Source of the DNA: an uncultured Bacteroidota bacterium
GTDB taxonomy: Bacteria > Bacteroidota > Bacteroidia > Bacteroidales > F082
Direction: 5' to 3'
NCBI GenBank assembly: GCA_913009685.1
Contig: CAJVXP010000002.1
Span: 50,172 to 114,171, forward strand
DNA length: 64,000 nucleotides
Each line of letters opens with the position of its first letter. The first letter of the stretch is position 1. Shown here piece after piece: positions 10,710-22,038 of the stretch. The notes beneath the pieces were generated by a model that was not told the DNA's origin, did no database searches, and saw nothing but the letters and a program-made list of their open reading frames with translations. The position numbers and the translations under genes are program-made.

Positions 10710-11291
10710 ATGTACGAATATTTCAGCGGAAAATTGGTGGAGAAAAATCCAACGTACGTTATTATTGATAATCAGGGGATTGGCTTCTTACTCAACATCT
10801 CGCTCAACACTTTTGACAAAATAAAAGACCGGGAATCGGTAAAACTCTATGTCCATTTTGTTGTGCGTGAGGATGCACAAATTCTCTATGGTTTCGCAGA
10901 CGAAGCAGAACGCTCCCTGTTCAGGGCACTGATATCTGTTTCGGGGGTAGGGGCCAATACGGCGCGGCTGGTACTTTCGTCGTTGACCACCGATGAAGCT
11001 TACAACGCCATCTCGGGAGGGGATGTATCAACATTACAAAGTGTTAAAGGTATTGGCGCTAAAACAGCCCAACGTATTGTGGTTGACTTGAAAGATAAAC
11101 TTGTAAAACAAGGCTTCCTGCCCGACAAAACCGGCCTTTTACACAATACAATGAAAGATGAAGCGTTATCAGGATTGTTAATCCTTGGCTTTAATAAAGC
11201 TACAGCTTCGAAAGTGCTGGACAGGGTTTTGAAACGGTCAACCTTTGACAGTGTAGAGGGGTTGATAAAAGAGGCTCTAAAAAATTTATAA
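10710..11291 (+). CDS. ruvA: Holliday junction branch migration protein RuvA
   Basis: VREDAQILYGF, ISVSGVGANTA, VKGIGAKTAQRIVVDLKDK; start at MYEYF. Confidence 0.95.
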   Translation: MYEYFSGKLVEKNPTYVIIDNQGIGFLLNISLNTFDKIKDRESVKLYVHFVVREDAQILYGFADEAERSLFRALISVSGVGANTARLVLSSLTTDEAYNAISGGDVSTLQSVKGIGAKTAQRIVVDLKDKLVKQGFLPDKTGLLHNTMKDEALSGLLILGFNKATASKVLDRVLKRSTFDSVEGLIKEALKNL

Positions 11292-11336
11292 AAACAAGAG
11301 AGCTTTTGCCGGCTCATTTTGGTTAAATAAAATAAG

Positions 11337-14300
11337 TTGAGGGATTTAGTTTTTTACTTCTCACGTAAGATATTTTTCGTGTTGGTCGTAATGGCATCTG
11401 CCATGCTGACGGAGAGTCCCCTTTTTGCACAAACGGCCGACACCACACTTACGGATACGCTGCACAACCAGCTGATTTATCCGTTCAGGGAAATAACCGG
11501 AAATCCGTACCTCGATACGCTCAACCAAAGCCCGCTGTTCCTAAGAAATCCAAACAACATCAAAAAGGAGGTTATTTATAATCCCAAAACCAACACGTAC
11601 GAATTTGTTACCAAAGTGGGTAATTTTGAATACCGGACGCCCACCACGCTGGATTTTGAAGATTACCATAAACTGGAGATGAAAAAAAGTATTGAAAAAT
11701 ACTGGCAGCAAAATGCACAAACAGCAGGGACATTCAAAGGGAAGCGACTTATTCCGAAACTTTACATCAAAGGTAAAGCTTTTGAACAGATTTTTGGCAG
11801 CAACGCCATTGATATCCGGCCGCAGGGTTCGGCGGAGATCAGCTTTGGGGTGCTCTCCAATTTCCGCGATGATCCATCATTAGATGTGCGGCAACGGCAC
11901 ACCACCAATTTCGATTTTAATGAAAAGATTCAAATGAATGTTACCGCTAAAATCGGGACGAAATTAACTTTTAGGGCCACTTATAACACCGAATCTTCGT
12001 TTAATTTTGAAAATACCCTGAAACTTAAATATGAAGGAAGCAAAGATGACATCATTCAGAGTATTGAAGCCGGGAATGTGAGCCTCCCGCTGAACTCCAC
12101 CCTGATAACAGGTGCACAAAGTCTTTTTGGTGTTAAAACAAAACTTCAGTTCGGCAAGACCTCCGTAACAGCTGTTTTCTCGCAACAGCAAAGCGAAACG
12201 AAAAATATTACTGTCCGAAACGGCGCACAACAAAACAGCTTTAAGCTTACACCTCTCGACTACGAAGATAACCGACACTTTTTTATTAGCCAGTTTTTCC
12301 GCGACCATTATGAAAAAGCCCTGAGTACGTTACCCATTATTTCATCGGACGTAAACATTACCAAAATTGAAGTGTGGGTTACCAACATCGGTCCGGCAAC
12401 GGAACAAAACCGGAACATCATTGCTTTTACCGACCTTGGAGAAGGCAGACAAAGTGAAATTTATAACAAATATGTTCATACATTGCCAAACGGAGTCCTC
12501 CCAACCAATAATTCCAACAACCTTATTAAACGGATGGATACGGCACAAATACGCAATATCAATACTGTTTCCACTTATCTCACCGGTGACCCGTTCGGCA
12601 TCGGAAGAAACAATTATTTTGTTGCAGGTCAGGATTTTGTGAAGCTTGAAAACGCACGCCGGCTGAAACCTTCGGAATATACCGTCAACAAAAAGCTGGG
12701 ATTTATCTCCCTTAACACCACTCTGAATCAGGACCAGGTACTTGCCGTTGCCGTTCAATATACCGTCATTGGACACGACAGCGTTTTCCAGATTGGAGAA
12801 TTTTCAGACCAGGGCGTTACTTCTCCCAAAAACCTGATTGTTAAACTTTTAAAAAGTAACACACTGAACACCCGGATGCCTATGTGGAACCTGATGATGA
12901 AAAACGTCTATTCCATTGGCGCTTATCAGGTTCAAAAGCAGGGATTTATCTTAAACATTCTCTATTCAGGTAATGATCAGGATATTCCTACCGGCTATTT
13001 CACCGAAGGGCCTTCGAATGTTAAAGGTGTTCCTTTGATTCATGTGCTGGGATTGGACAATTTGGACCAGCAACTTAATCCTATTCCCGGAGGTGATGGT
13101 TTTTTTGATTTTATCGATGGAGCGGCCACACAGGGAGGAACGTTTCAGGCAAGTAACGGACGACTGTTTTTTACCGTGCTGCAACCTTTCGGCGAATATA
13201 TTCACGATTCTGTTTTCCCCAACAACCCTGATTTGGCCAACAAGTACGCTTTCGATTCGTTATATACCCTGACAAAAACGGGGGCGGAACAGTTTCCCGA
13301 TAAAAACAAATACATCATCGAAGGTTATTACAAATCGCAATCGGGTTCCAGCATCAGCCTCAACGCCATGAATGTGCCGCGCGGTTCGGTGAAGGTTACC
13401 GCCGGCGGAGTTCCTCTTACTGAAAATGTGGATTACACCGTGGATTATACGCTGGGTCAGGTAACCATTTTAAACCAGGGGATTTTGAACTCCGGAACAC
13501 CTATCCATGTTTCGTTGGAAAGCAACTCCCTGTTTAATTTGCAGCAAAAGCGGATGATCGGGATTCACGTTGACCACGAGTTTAATAAACATCTGCATCT
13601 TGGCGGAACTATCTTGAATCTTCACGAGCGTCCGCTGACACAAAAAGTGAATTACGGCGAAGATCCTATTTCCAACACTATTTGGGGTCTCGACATGGCT
13701 TACAGCAACAATTCGAGATGGCTTACTAAGATTCTTAGTAGTTTGCCAGGAACCAACCCCAGGATTCCTGTCAAAATTAATTTTAATGCCGAGATGGCGC
13801 AGTTTCTGCCCGGCCATTCTAAAACAGTAGGCAAATCAGGGACCAGTTATATCGATGATTTTGAGGGCGCCAAATCAACCATTGACCTTATGAATGTGGG
13901 GTCCTGGTTTTTGGCCAGCACACCGCAGGGGCAGCCAAACCTGTTTCCTGAAGCTTATTCGCGCAGCGGACTTGACTATGGAAAAAACAGAGCAAAATTT
14001 GCCTGGTACGTGATTGACCCCACCATATTTTATGATACGCGGGGGATTTATCGCCCGAAAAATATTTCCAAAGATGAAATCTCCAAAAACTCAACGCGTC
14101 AGGTGCTGGAGACCGAAGTATTTCCCAACAAAGATATTCCCAACGGAACGGTAACCAACATTCCGGTGCTGAATCTCGCCTTCTATCCTTCGGAAAGGGG
14201 TGAGTATAATTACGATGTAAAACCCGGAAAATATTCTGCCGGAATAAAGGCTGATGGTAGTCTTGCACGTCCCGAAACACGATGGGGCGGTATTATGCGC

Positions 14301-17300
14301 AGCCTGGAAACGACCGATTTTCAGGCAGCTAACATTCAGTATATTGAATTTTGGATGATGGACCCGTTTACGAAAGACCCCAGCAACAGCGGTCAGTTGT
14401 ATATTGACCTCGGCGATGTTTCGGAAGACCTTCTGCGCGATGGCCGCAAAAGTTACGAAAACGGACTTCCCACCTCCAGCGTGGTAACCGATGTGGACAC
14501 CACAATTTGGGGCCGTGTTCCCACCAAACAGGCGTTGGTAGAGTCGTTTAGCAATATTGCCGGTTCGCGTCAATTTCAGGATGTGGGTTATGACGGGCTA
14601 AGTGATAAAGACGAAAGATCTTTTTTTAAGAAAAACTATTTGAAGCTCATCAACGACAGGTTTGGTACCGGCTCCAAAGCGTATAAACTGGCCGATAAAG
14701 ACCCTTCTGCAGATGACTATCATTACTATCGTGGTACTGATTATGACAGCGAACCGCTCTATTCCAGCATTTCGGAACGCTATAAGAATTACAATGGCCC
14801 CGAAGGAAACTCCCCGACTAATGCCCAGAATACCGAGCCTTACAAGACCAGCGCCACCAACCTCCCGAACCAGGAAGATATTAACCATGACAACACGCTG
14901 AGCGAATCGGAACGATATTTTCAGTACAAAGTTAATCTTGACCCGACCCAAATGGTGGTAGGGAAAAATTATATTGCCGATGTACATGAAGCGGGAAATA
15001 TTCGTCTCCCAAACGGCAATGTTACCAGCGTGAAATGGTATCAGTTTAAGATTCCGATTCAAATGCCTACAAAGGTTGTGGGAAATATCGAAAACTTCCA
15101 GTCCATTCGCTTTATGCGTGTGTATATGAAAGGTTTTTCGAAACCTATTATTTGCCGGTTTGCTACTTTTGGTTTGGTAAGAGGCGAGTGGCGAAACTAT
15201 TTGCATTCGTTGCTTGCGCAAGGAGAATATGTTCCCGGAGATGCCGGAAACCAAACCAAATTTGTTATTTCGACGGTAAATGTGGAAGAAAACTCAAACC
15301 GGATTCCGATTCCCTACGTCATTCCCCCCGGCATTAAAAGGGAGGTAAATTTCGGAACCACAAATTATGTCAGGCTGAATGAACAATCACTGCAATTTAC
15401 AGTGGTGGACCTCAAAGATGGAGAAGCACGCGGGGCATATAAAAATACAAATTTCGACTTCCGGCAGTACAAAAAAATAAAGATGTACGTGCATGCGGAG
15501 AAACGTTTGGCAGATGAAGACCTGAAAGATGGTGATTTGACGGTTTTTATCAGACTCGGGTCCGATTTTACACAAAACTATTATGAATATGAAATGCCGC
15601 TGAAGTTCACGCCCTGGTACACATCCTCTGCCGACCCGAATGCCATCTGGCCGGAACAAAACCGGATGGTGCTGGTGCTTGATAAGCTTATTAAGGCCAA
15701 ACAAGAGCGTAACATTGCCATGCGTAATCCTAATTCAAACGTTACTTTGCAAAGACCGTTTGTTGTTTACGATGGCGGAAACAAAATTACCGTTGTGGGA
15801 AATCCGAGTTTTAACGATGTCAAAGGAATTCTGATTGGCGTACGAAATCCTAAAAGAAAAGGCACTAATCTAAATGATGATGGAGAAAAAAAGGATGCTA
15901 TCATTTGGGTGGATGAACTGCGATTGACCGATTTTGACAAAAAACCCGGATGGGCAGGCACCGGAAGGCTCGAAGCCAATCTCTCCGATTTGGGTCGTGT
16001 TATGATAAGCGGCGCTTACACCTCGGCGGGTTTCGGGAGCCTTGACCAGAAGCTGAATGTCATTTCGCAGAATAACTCCCTGAACTACAGCGTGGCCACC
16101 GATCTGGACCTCGGCAAACTTTTTCCTAAAAAAACAGGGCTTATAATTCCTGTCCATTTTGATTACGGAAAAGGAATTAATACGCCGAGATACGATCCGT
16201 TAAATCCTGATACCAAACTTAGCGACGACCTGAACACTTATGTGGATAAAGCCAAGCGTGATTCTGTGAAAAATATGGTTATTGATTATACACGGCGGAC
16301 AAATATTAACTTTATGAATGTGCGAAAAGAACGCACCAACACCGGTAAAAAGAAAAACAGAAAACCACAGATTTACAATTTGGAAAACTTCAATTTCTCG
16401 TTTGCTTATTCACAAATTTATCATCACAATATCGACATAACCTCCGACCGCCTGAAAACATACCAGGGTGGATTGGGCTATAATTTTAACACCAGGCCGA
16501 AGAATTTCAGACCTTTTTCCAAAAGCAAAAAAGTTTCGTCACCCTGGTTGCGATGGATCAGGGATTTCAATATTTACCTGTGGCCCAAAAGTCTGTCTTT
16601 CAGGTTTAGCATGAACAGGATTTTCGACAGCCGGACGTACCGCGATAAGAGTTTTGGTGACATTATTACCAGACCCACCTACAAACGCGACTGGACATAC
16701 AACAGAGATTACTCTTTTAAATATGATTTTTCCCGTTCGCTTTCGCTGGAATATGTTGCCGGCGCCAGGGCATATATACGTGAACCACAGATTTATCCCG
16801 ATAAAAACACACAACAGTGGGAAGAGTATAAACGTGAAATCTGGAGTCAGATTTGGAGTATGGGAACGCTGCAGAATTTCAACCAGTCGGTGAAAGTAAC
16901 TTACCGCCTTCCTTTGTCAAAACTCCCGCTTACCGACTGGATGAACAGCTCTGCGAGCTATCAGGTGCAATACAACTGGAATGCCTCGCCGGTTGCCGTT
17001 CAGCAGCGGCTTGGAAATACCGTTGAAAATGCACGAAACATCCAGTTCAATGCCGGTGCCGATTTTAACCGGCTGTATAATAAGATTCCCTTTCTAAAAA
17101 AACTGAACCGCCGGAATTACAGAGGCCGGCCGCAGAGTCGAATGGGCTTTGCACAACAAAAGAAGCCCTCTGCTGTTAAAGATAGTACGGAGAAAAAACG
17201 TAACGGGCCGGGTATCGGTAAAACCTTTGGAGAAGGAGCTTTACGGTTTCTGATGCTGGTGAAAAAAGTAAATTTTGTTTACCGGCGTTCCGATGGTACG

Positions 17301-18614
17301 CAGCTTCCGGGTTTTGTCCCCGTTCCAGACATTGCCGGCGTCAACATTAATGATGGCGCACCGGGTTTGGGCTTTGTGTTTGGTAGTCAGAAAGATATCC
17401 GCCAAAAGGCTGCCCAAAACGGATGGATTACCTACGACACCATTCTCAATCAGGCATACATCACCAAACTTACGGAACACATGTCGTACAAGGTGAATAC
17501 AAATATTTTGAATTTTATTAAAATTGATTTGGATGGAGACCGTGTTTTTTCTAAAAATTACACTTCTTACTACCGCTTTGACCCTGCGGTTAATGATTTT
17601 GTGAACTATTCGCCGCAGGAAGCCGGCAATTTCAGCATCACATATCCATTTATTGCCACCTCTTTTGAGAAAAATAATGACAATAATATTTCCGCAACTT
17701 TTGAACAGTTCAAAGCTAACCGGAAAGAAATAGCAGAGCGACTTGCAAAAAATAATCCGGCGTGGTCGGGACAGTATGTTTACGACAGTATTGCCGGCGA
17801 CTATTTTCCCCTCGGATACAACTCGAACCAACAACAGGTGATGTATTATTCTTTTCTGGCAGCATATTCCGGCAAAGCTGCAGGAAAAATCGGAATTACA
17901 AAACCGTTTCCTTCCTTCCCGCTGCCCAACTGGCGGGTAACTTTCAGCGGACTTACAAATATTAAAGCTATCGGAGAGATTTTTCGGGGTTTTAACATCA
18001 GCCATGGTTATCGCTCTCTGTTAAGTATCAATGCATGGAAAACCAACATTATTTATGATTCGGATAATCAGGGAAAAACCTTCGACAACAGCAACAATTT
18101 CATAAACCAATATGATGTCGGGGTAGTCTCGTTTTTTGAACAATACAGCCCGCTCATTGGTATTGATTTTACCATGAGAAACAGTCTCGGCGGAAAACTT
18201 GAATACAAAAAGTCACGAAATGTGGTGATGAGTTTTGTAAATAACCAGCTGACGGAAATCGACAGCAAAGAAATTGTGATTGGCATGAGCTACCGATTAA
18301 GAGGACTGAAATTCTCTGTGGGGAATTTCATGGGAAGAAGAAGTAAAAAATACAACACCGACCTGAACCTGAAATTAGATGTGGGTATTCGCGATAACAA
18401 AACCATCTTGCGGCGGATTGATGAAAGCACCAACCAGGTTTCGGCAGGTTCCAAACAGTTTACACTTAACTTCTCTGCCGACTACATGCTTAGCCAAAGC
18501 CTGCAGTTCAGGGCTTATTTCAATATGAATAAAAATGCACCCTACATTTCGTCGCAACTGGCTAATGCTACGACAAGTGGCGGATTTACCCTGCGTTTTA
18601 ATCTGGCACAGTAG
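11337..18614 (+). CDS. sprA: Type IX secretion system outer-membrane translocon SprA/Sov
   Basis: 2425 aa, signal peptide, IFGSNAIDIRPQGS, IEAGNVSLPL, SYIDDFEG, YIEFWMMDPF, GDVSEDLLRDG; C-terminal beta strand; follows ruvA as is usual in Bacteroidota. Confidence 0.95.
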   Translation: MRDLVFYFSRKIFFVLVVMASAMLTESPLFAQTADTTLTDTLHNQLIYPFREITGNPYLDTLNQSPLFLRNPNNIKKEVIYNPKTNTYEFVTKVGNFEYRTPTTLDFEDYHKLEMKKSIEKYWQQNAQTAGTFKGKRLIPKLYIKGKAFEQIFGSNAIDIRPQGSAEISFGVLSNFRDDPSLDVRQRHTTNFDFNEKIQMNVTAKIGTKLTFRATYNTESSFNFENTLKLKYEGSKDDIIQSIEAGNVSLPLNSTLITGAQSLFGVKTKLQFGKTSVTAVFSQQQSETKNITVRNGAQQNSFKLTPLDYEDNRHFFISQFFRDHYEKALSTLPIISSDVNITKIEVWVTNIGPATEQNRNIIAFTDLGEGRQSEIYNKYVHTLPNGVLPTNNSNNLIKRMDTAQIRNINTVSTYLTGDPFGIGRNNYFVAGQDFVKLENARRLKPSEYTVNKKLGFISLNTTLNQDQVLAVAVQYTVIGHDSVFQIGEFSDQGVTSPKNLIVKLLKSNTLNTRMPMWNLMMKNVYSIGAYQVQKQGFILNILYSGNDQDIPTGYFTEGPSNVKGVPLIHVLGLDNLDQQLNPIPGGDGFFDFIDGAATQGGTFQASNGRLFFTVLQPFGEYIHDSVFPNNPDLANKYAFDSLYTLTKTGAEQFPDKNKYIIEGYYKSQSGSSISLNAMNVPRGSVKVTAGGVPLTENVDYTVDYTLGQVTILNQGILNSGTPIHVSLESNSLFNLQQKRMIGIHVDHEFNKHLHLGGTILNLHERPLTQKVNYGEDPISNTIWGLDMAYSNNSRWLTKILSSLPGTNPRIPVKINFNAEMAQFLPGHSKTVGKSGTSYIDDFEGAKSTIDLMNVGSWFLASTPQGQPNLFPEAYSRSGLDYGKNRAKFAWYVIDPTIFYDTRGIYRPKNISKDEISKNSTRQVLETEVFPNKDIPNGTVTNIPVLNLAFYPSERGEYNYDVKPGKYSAGIKADGSLARPETRWGGIMRSLETTDFQAANIQYIEFWMMDPFTKDPSNSGQLYIDLGDVSEDLLRDGRKSYENGLPTSSVVTDVDTTIWGRVPTKQALVESFSNIAGSRQFQDVGYDGLSDKDERSFFKKNYLKLINDRFGTGSKAYKLADKDPSADDYHYYRGTDYDSEPLYSSISERYKNYNGPEGNSPTNAQNTEPYKTSATNLPNQEDINHDNTLSESERYFQYKVNLDPTQMVVGKNYIADVHEAGNIRLPNGNVTSVKWYQFKIPIQMPTKVVGNIENFQSIRFMRVYMKGFSKPIICRFATFGLVRGEWRNYLHSLLAQGEYVPGDAGNQTKFVISTVNVEENSNRIPIPYVIPPGIKREVNFGTTNYVRLNEQSLQFTVVDLKDGEARGAYKNTNFDFRQYKKIKMYVHAEKRLADEDLKDGDLTVFIRLGSDFTQNYYEYEMPLKFTPWYTSSADPNAIWPEQNRMVLVLDKLIKAKQERNIAMRNPNSNVTLQRPFVVYDGGNKITVVGNPSFNDVKGILIGVRNPKRKGTNLNDDGEKKDAIIWVDELRLTDFDKKPGWAGTGRLEANLSDLGRVMISGAYTSAGFGSLDQKLNVISQNNSLNYSVATDLDLGKLFPKKTGLIIPVHFDYGKGINTPRYDPLNPDTKLSDDLNTYVDKAKRDSVKNMVIDYTRRTNINFMNVRKERTNTGKKKNRKPQIYNLENFNFSFAYSQIYHHNIDITSDRLKTYQGGLGYNFNTRPKNFRPFSKSKKVSSPWLRWIRDFNIYLWPKSLSFRFSMNRIFDSRTYRDKSFGDIITRPTYKRDWTYNRDYSFKYDFSRSLSLEYVAGARAYIREPQIYPDKNTQQWEEYKREIWSQIWSMGTLQNFNQSVKVTYRLPLSKLPLTDWMNSSASYQVQYNWNASPVAVQQRLGNTVENARNIQFNAGADFNRLYNKIPFLKKLNRRNYRGRPQSRMGFAQQKKPSAVKDSTEKKRNGPGIGKTFGEGALRFLMLVKKVNFVYRRSDGTQLPGFVPVPDIAGVNINDGAPGLGFVFGSQKDIRQKAAQNGWITYDTILNQAYITKLTEHMSYKVNTNILNFIKIDLDGDRVFSKNYTSYYRFDPAVNDFVNYSPQEAGNFSITYPFIATSFEKNNDNNISATFEQFKANRKEIAERLAKNNPAWSGQYVYDSIAGDYFPLGYNSNQQQVMYYSFLAAYSGKAAGKIGITKPFPSFPLPNWRVTFSGLTNIKAIGEIFRGFNISHGYRSLLSINAWKTNIIYDSDNQGKTFDNSNNFINQYDVGVVSFFEQYSPLIGIDFTMRNSLGGKLEYKKSRNVVMSFVNNQLTEIDSKEIVIGMSYRLRGLKFSVGNFMGRRSKKYNTDLNLKLDVGIRDNKTILRRIDESTNQVSAGSKQFTLNFSADYMLSQSLQFRAYFNMNKNAPYISSQLANATTSGGFTLRFNLAQ

Positions 18615-18751
18615 GAGTTAGGAAGTTCGTTGAATTGCAAAAAATATAATAGATGCTCACAACTTCAGCATCGACACTCAATCGGAAGGAGGAAAAGGAT
18701 CTTCCAATTACTACGCTTTAAATCAACTAAATTTCAAATAACATAATAAAA

Positions 18752-21700
18752 ATGAAAAAAATTACGTTTAGCCTTTTACTTTTGTTAAGCCTGGCATTTT
18801 CGTTTACACTTATGGCCCAACAGCTTGACCTGTCTAAGTTTGACGGGATGAAATTCCGCAATATAGGCCCTGCCGGGATGAGCGGTCGTGTAACAGCCAT
18901 CGATGTCAACCAGAAAGACCCGCGGATTATGTTTGTAGGAACAGCTTCGGGGGGCTTGTGGCGTTCTGCCAACAGAGGAATCTCCTGGAAACCTGTTTTT
19001 GATAAACAAAAAGTTATGTCCATCGGCTCCATTGCCATCGACCAGCACAATCCCGATATTATCTGGGTCGGGACGGGTGAAGGCGAACCGCGCAACAGTG
19101 TCTCTTCCGGCTACGGACTTTACCGTTCGCTGGATGGTGGTAACACGTGGCAACTGATGGGGTTGGAAAAAACCCGAAACATCTACCGCATCACTGTCAG
19201 TCCTGACAATAGCAATGTGGTTTATGTGGGCGCTATCGGCACCCCGTGGGGCCCCAGTCCTGACAGAGGATTGTATCGCACCGAAGACGGCGGAAAAACC
19301 TGGAAGAAAATTCTTTACGTAAACAACCAGACCGGCGTGGCCGACATGGTTATGGACCCGACGAATCCGAAAAAATTATTTGTCGCAATGTGGCAATATC
19401 GTCGCTGGCCGTGGTTTTCCAAATCGGGAGGCCCCGGCTCGGGATTATATGTTACCTACGATGGAGGTGACCATTTTACAAAGATAACCGCCAAAAACGG
19501 GTTACCCAAAGGGGACTTGGGACGTATCGGCCTCGCTGTGTCCGCCAGTAATCCCAAGGTAGTATACGCCCTGATTGAATCAAAAAAGAACGGTTTTTAC
19601 CGCTCAGACGATGGAGGTAAAACATGGAAACTTCGTACAACCAAAAATATCGGCGACCGCCCTTTTTACTTTTCAAACATTTATGTGGACCCGAAAAATG
19701 AAAATTATGTCTATACGCTTTTCACCCGCGTAAACAAAAGCATCGACGGTGGCAAAACTTTCCAGCCGCTTATCGGGCGAAATATTCATCCCGACCATCA
19801 CTCGTGGTGGATCAGCCCGACAAATCCGAAATTTATGATGGATGGAAACGACGGCGGACTGGCCATCACCTACGACCAGGGAAAAACCTGGCGTTATGTA
19901 CAAAATCTGCCGGTGGGGCAGTTTTACCACATCAATGTGGACAACGATTTGCCGTATCATGTGTATGGCGGCATGCAGGACAACGGCTCCTGGCGCGGAC
20001 CGGGATACGTATGGGCACGAGGCGGCATCATCAATGCTTACTGGCAAAATTTGATGGGCGGCGATGGCTTTGATGTGGTTCCCGACCCATCTAACAATCG
20101 CTATTGCTATGCCATGTGGCAGAAAGGCCATGTGGGACGTGTGGATCTGAAAACAGGATTTTCCAAAAGTATCCGTCCGGTAGATCCGCAAGGTAAACAT
20201 TTGCGATTTAACTGGAATGCAGCCATTTCAGCCGATCCTTTTAATAAAGACGGCCTTTATTTCGGAAGTCAGTTTTTACACAAAAGTACCGACCACGGCA
20301 ACAGTTGGACCATCATCTCACCCGACCTGACCACCAACGACACGACAAAACAAAAACAGGCCCAAAGCGGTGGCTTGACTTACGATGCAACCGGCGCCGA
20401 AAACTACACCACCATCACGGCCATTGGTCCCAGCCCGATAAAAAAAGGCGTTATCTGGGTGGGTACCGATGATGGAAACGTCCAATTAACAAAAGATGAT
20501 GGCAAACATTGGAAAAATCTGGTGAAAAAGATGAAAGGCCTCCCCGAAGGAAGCTGGACGGCACAGGTTGACCCTTCGACGTATAATGCCGGTGAAGCGT
20601 TTGTGGTGATGAACAATTACCGTCAGCAGGACTTTTCTCCCTATCTGTACCACACTACCAATTATGGGAAAAGCTGGGAAAATTTGGGGAAAAATGATAA
20701 CATTTTTGGTTACTGCCTGTCGTTTGTCCAGGACCCGGTAGAACCGAAACTTATGTTTCTCGGCACAAGCAGCGGTCTTTATGTTAGTGTTGATGGCGGA
20801 AAAAACTGGACTCACTGGACAAAACATTATCCTGCCGGCGTTCCCACCCGCGACATGGTGATTCAGCCGCGCGAAGCAGATTTAGTCATTGCAACTTTCG
20901 GACGTGCTATTTACATTTTGGACGACATTCGTCCGTTGCGCGAAATTGCAGCCAAAGGAACCGCATTGCTTGATAAACCCATTCATGCTTTTACTCCACC
21001 GGTGGCTTATGAAGTGAGCACTAAAGGAGAACCCGGCATTTTTGCCGGCGGCGCCAGCTATTTTCATGGCAAAAATAAACCCCTCGGTGCCATGCTGACC
21101 TTTTCGGTAAAAGAAGGAGTGAAAAAACCGGCTGCTGACGGCAACAAGCAGAAAGAACAAACGAAGCGTCAGGACGATGAGCATCCGGGACAAAAAGCAC
21201 CCCTGGCAAAAAAAGTAACCATCAAAGTGATAGATGAAAATGGAAATGTTGTGCGAACACTTTCCACCGTTCCTAAAACGGGAATTAACCGGGTTAACTG
21301 GCACCTCGACCGAAAAGGCTACCGCTTCCCCGGAAGTCCAAAACCGAAAAAACACGCCGGCGAATTGGGTGGTGGCGGCTATGTTATTCCCGGGACTTAC
21401 AAATTGGTATTTTCTTATCAGGGGCATTCCGATTCTACCAGGCTGACGGTAAAATCCGACCCGCGGCAGAACATTTCCACAGAAGCCATGAAAGCCAATT
21501 ATGCTTTGGTGCAACCGGTGCTGAAAAAAATGCAATCGCTTGCCGAAGCCGTTGACCGGTTAAAAGAAAGCAAGAAAACCATGCTGGAGGTTGCAAAACT
21601 ATTGCCCCAAAAGAAAGACAAAAACTACAATGCTTTCGAAAAGATAAGCAAGGTAATGAAAGATTCGCTCAAGGCCATAAATGCGGCTATTTCCCCGCCG

Positions 21701-21946
21701 AAAAACATTCAGGGAATCTACAGCAACCCTAAACTGGTAACTACCAGATTACGGGGAGTCTACAGCATCATCTTCGAGAGGGAGCCGCTCAATGCGACGG
21801 AAAAACTGGTGCTGAAGCAGTCGGAAAATATCATTGACAACACGTTGCAGCGTATCGATAATTTTTTCAAAAACCAATGGACAGCTTACAAAAAAACAGC
21901 GGAGGGCATGAAACTTTCGCCCTTTAATAAAGAGGAGAAAAAGTGA
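18752..21946 (+). CDS. Secreted VPS10/sortilin-like BNR-repeat beta-propeller protein (annotated glycosyl hydrolase-like)
   Basis: Signal peptide; RNIGPAGMSGRV start; many SxDGGxTW Asp-box repeats; ATFGR; C-terminal Ig-like and helical region. Confidence 0.85.
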   Translation: MKKITFSLLLLLSLAFSFTLMAQQLDLSKFDGMKFRNIGPAGMSGRVTAIDVNQKDPRIMFVGTASGGLWRSANRGISWKPVFDKQKVMSIGSIAIDQHNPDIIWVGTGEGEPRNSVSSGYGLYRSLDGGNTWQLMGLEKTRNIYRITVSPDNSNVVYVGAIGTPWGPSPDRGLYRTEDGGKTWKKILYVNNQTGVADMVMDPTNPKKLFVAMWQYRRWPWFSKSGGPGSGLYVTYDGGDHFTKITAKNGLPKGDLGRIGLAVSASNPKVVYALIESKKNGFYRSDDGGKTWKLRTTKNIGDRPFYFSNIYVDPKNENYVYTLFTRVNKSIDGGKTFQPLIGRNIHPDHHSWWISPTNPKFMMDGNDGGLAITYDQGKTWRYVQNLPVGQFYHINVDNDLPYHVYGGMQDNGSWRGPGYVWARGGIINAYWQNLMGGDGFDVVPDPSNNRYCYAMWQKGHVGRVDLKTGFSKSIRPVDPQGKHLRFNWNAAISADPFNKDGLYFGSQFLHKSTDHGNSWTIISPDLTTNDTTKQKQAQSGGLTYDATGAENYTTITAIGPSPIKKGVIWVGTDDGNVQLTKDDGKHWKNLVKKMKGLPEGSWTAQVDPSTYNAGEAFVVMNNYRQQDFSPYLYHTTNYGKSWENLGKNDNIFGYCLSFVQDPVEPKLMFLGTSSGLYVSVDGGKNWTHWTKHYPAGVPTRDMVIQPREADLVIATFGRAIYILDDIRPLREIAAKGTALLDKPIHAFTPPVAYEVSTKGEPGIFAGGASYFHGKNKPLGAMLTFSVKEGVKKPAADGNKQKEQTKRQDDEHPGQKAPLAKKVTIKVIDENGNVVRTLSTVPKTGINRVNWHLDRKGYRFPGSPKPKKHAGELGGGGYVIPGTYKLVFSYQGHSDSTRLTVKSDPRQNISTEAMKANYALVQPVLKKMQSLAEAVDRLKESKKTMLEVAKLLPQKKDKNYNAFEKISKVMKDSLKAINAAISPPKNIQGIYSNPKLVTTRLRGVYSIIFEREPLNATEKLVLKQSENIIDNTLQRIDNFFKNQWTAYKKTAEGMKLSPFNKEEKK

Positions 21947-21974
21947 AAAAACTCAGGTTCAAAGCTTAAAAACA

Positions 21975-22038
21975 GAGTGTTGGGGTGCCGGGGTGATGTA
22001 ATGTGTAATTTATGACCCCAATACTCCAACACTCCAAT
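21975..22038. repeat. Inverted repeat of degenerate 8-nt units
   Basis: GAGTGTTG GGGTGCCG GGGTGATG ... ACCCCAAT ACTCCAAC ACTCCAAT; about 20-bp imperfect stem. Confidence 0.6.
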
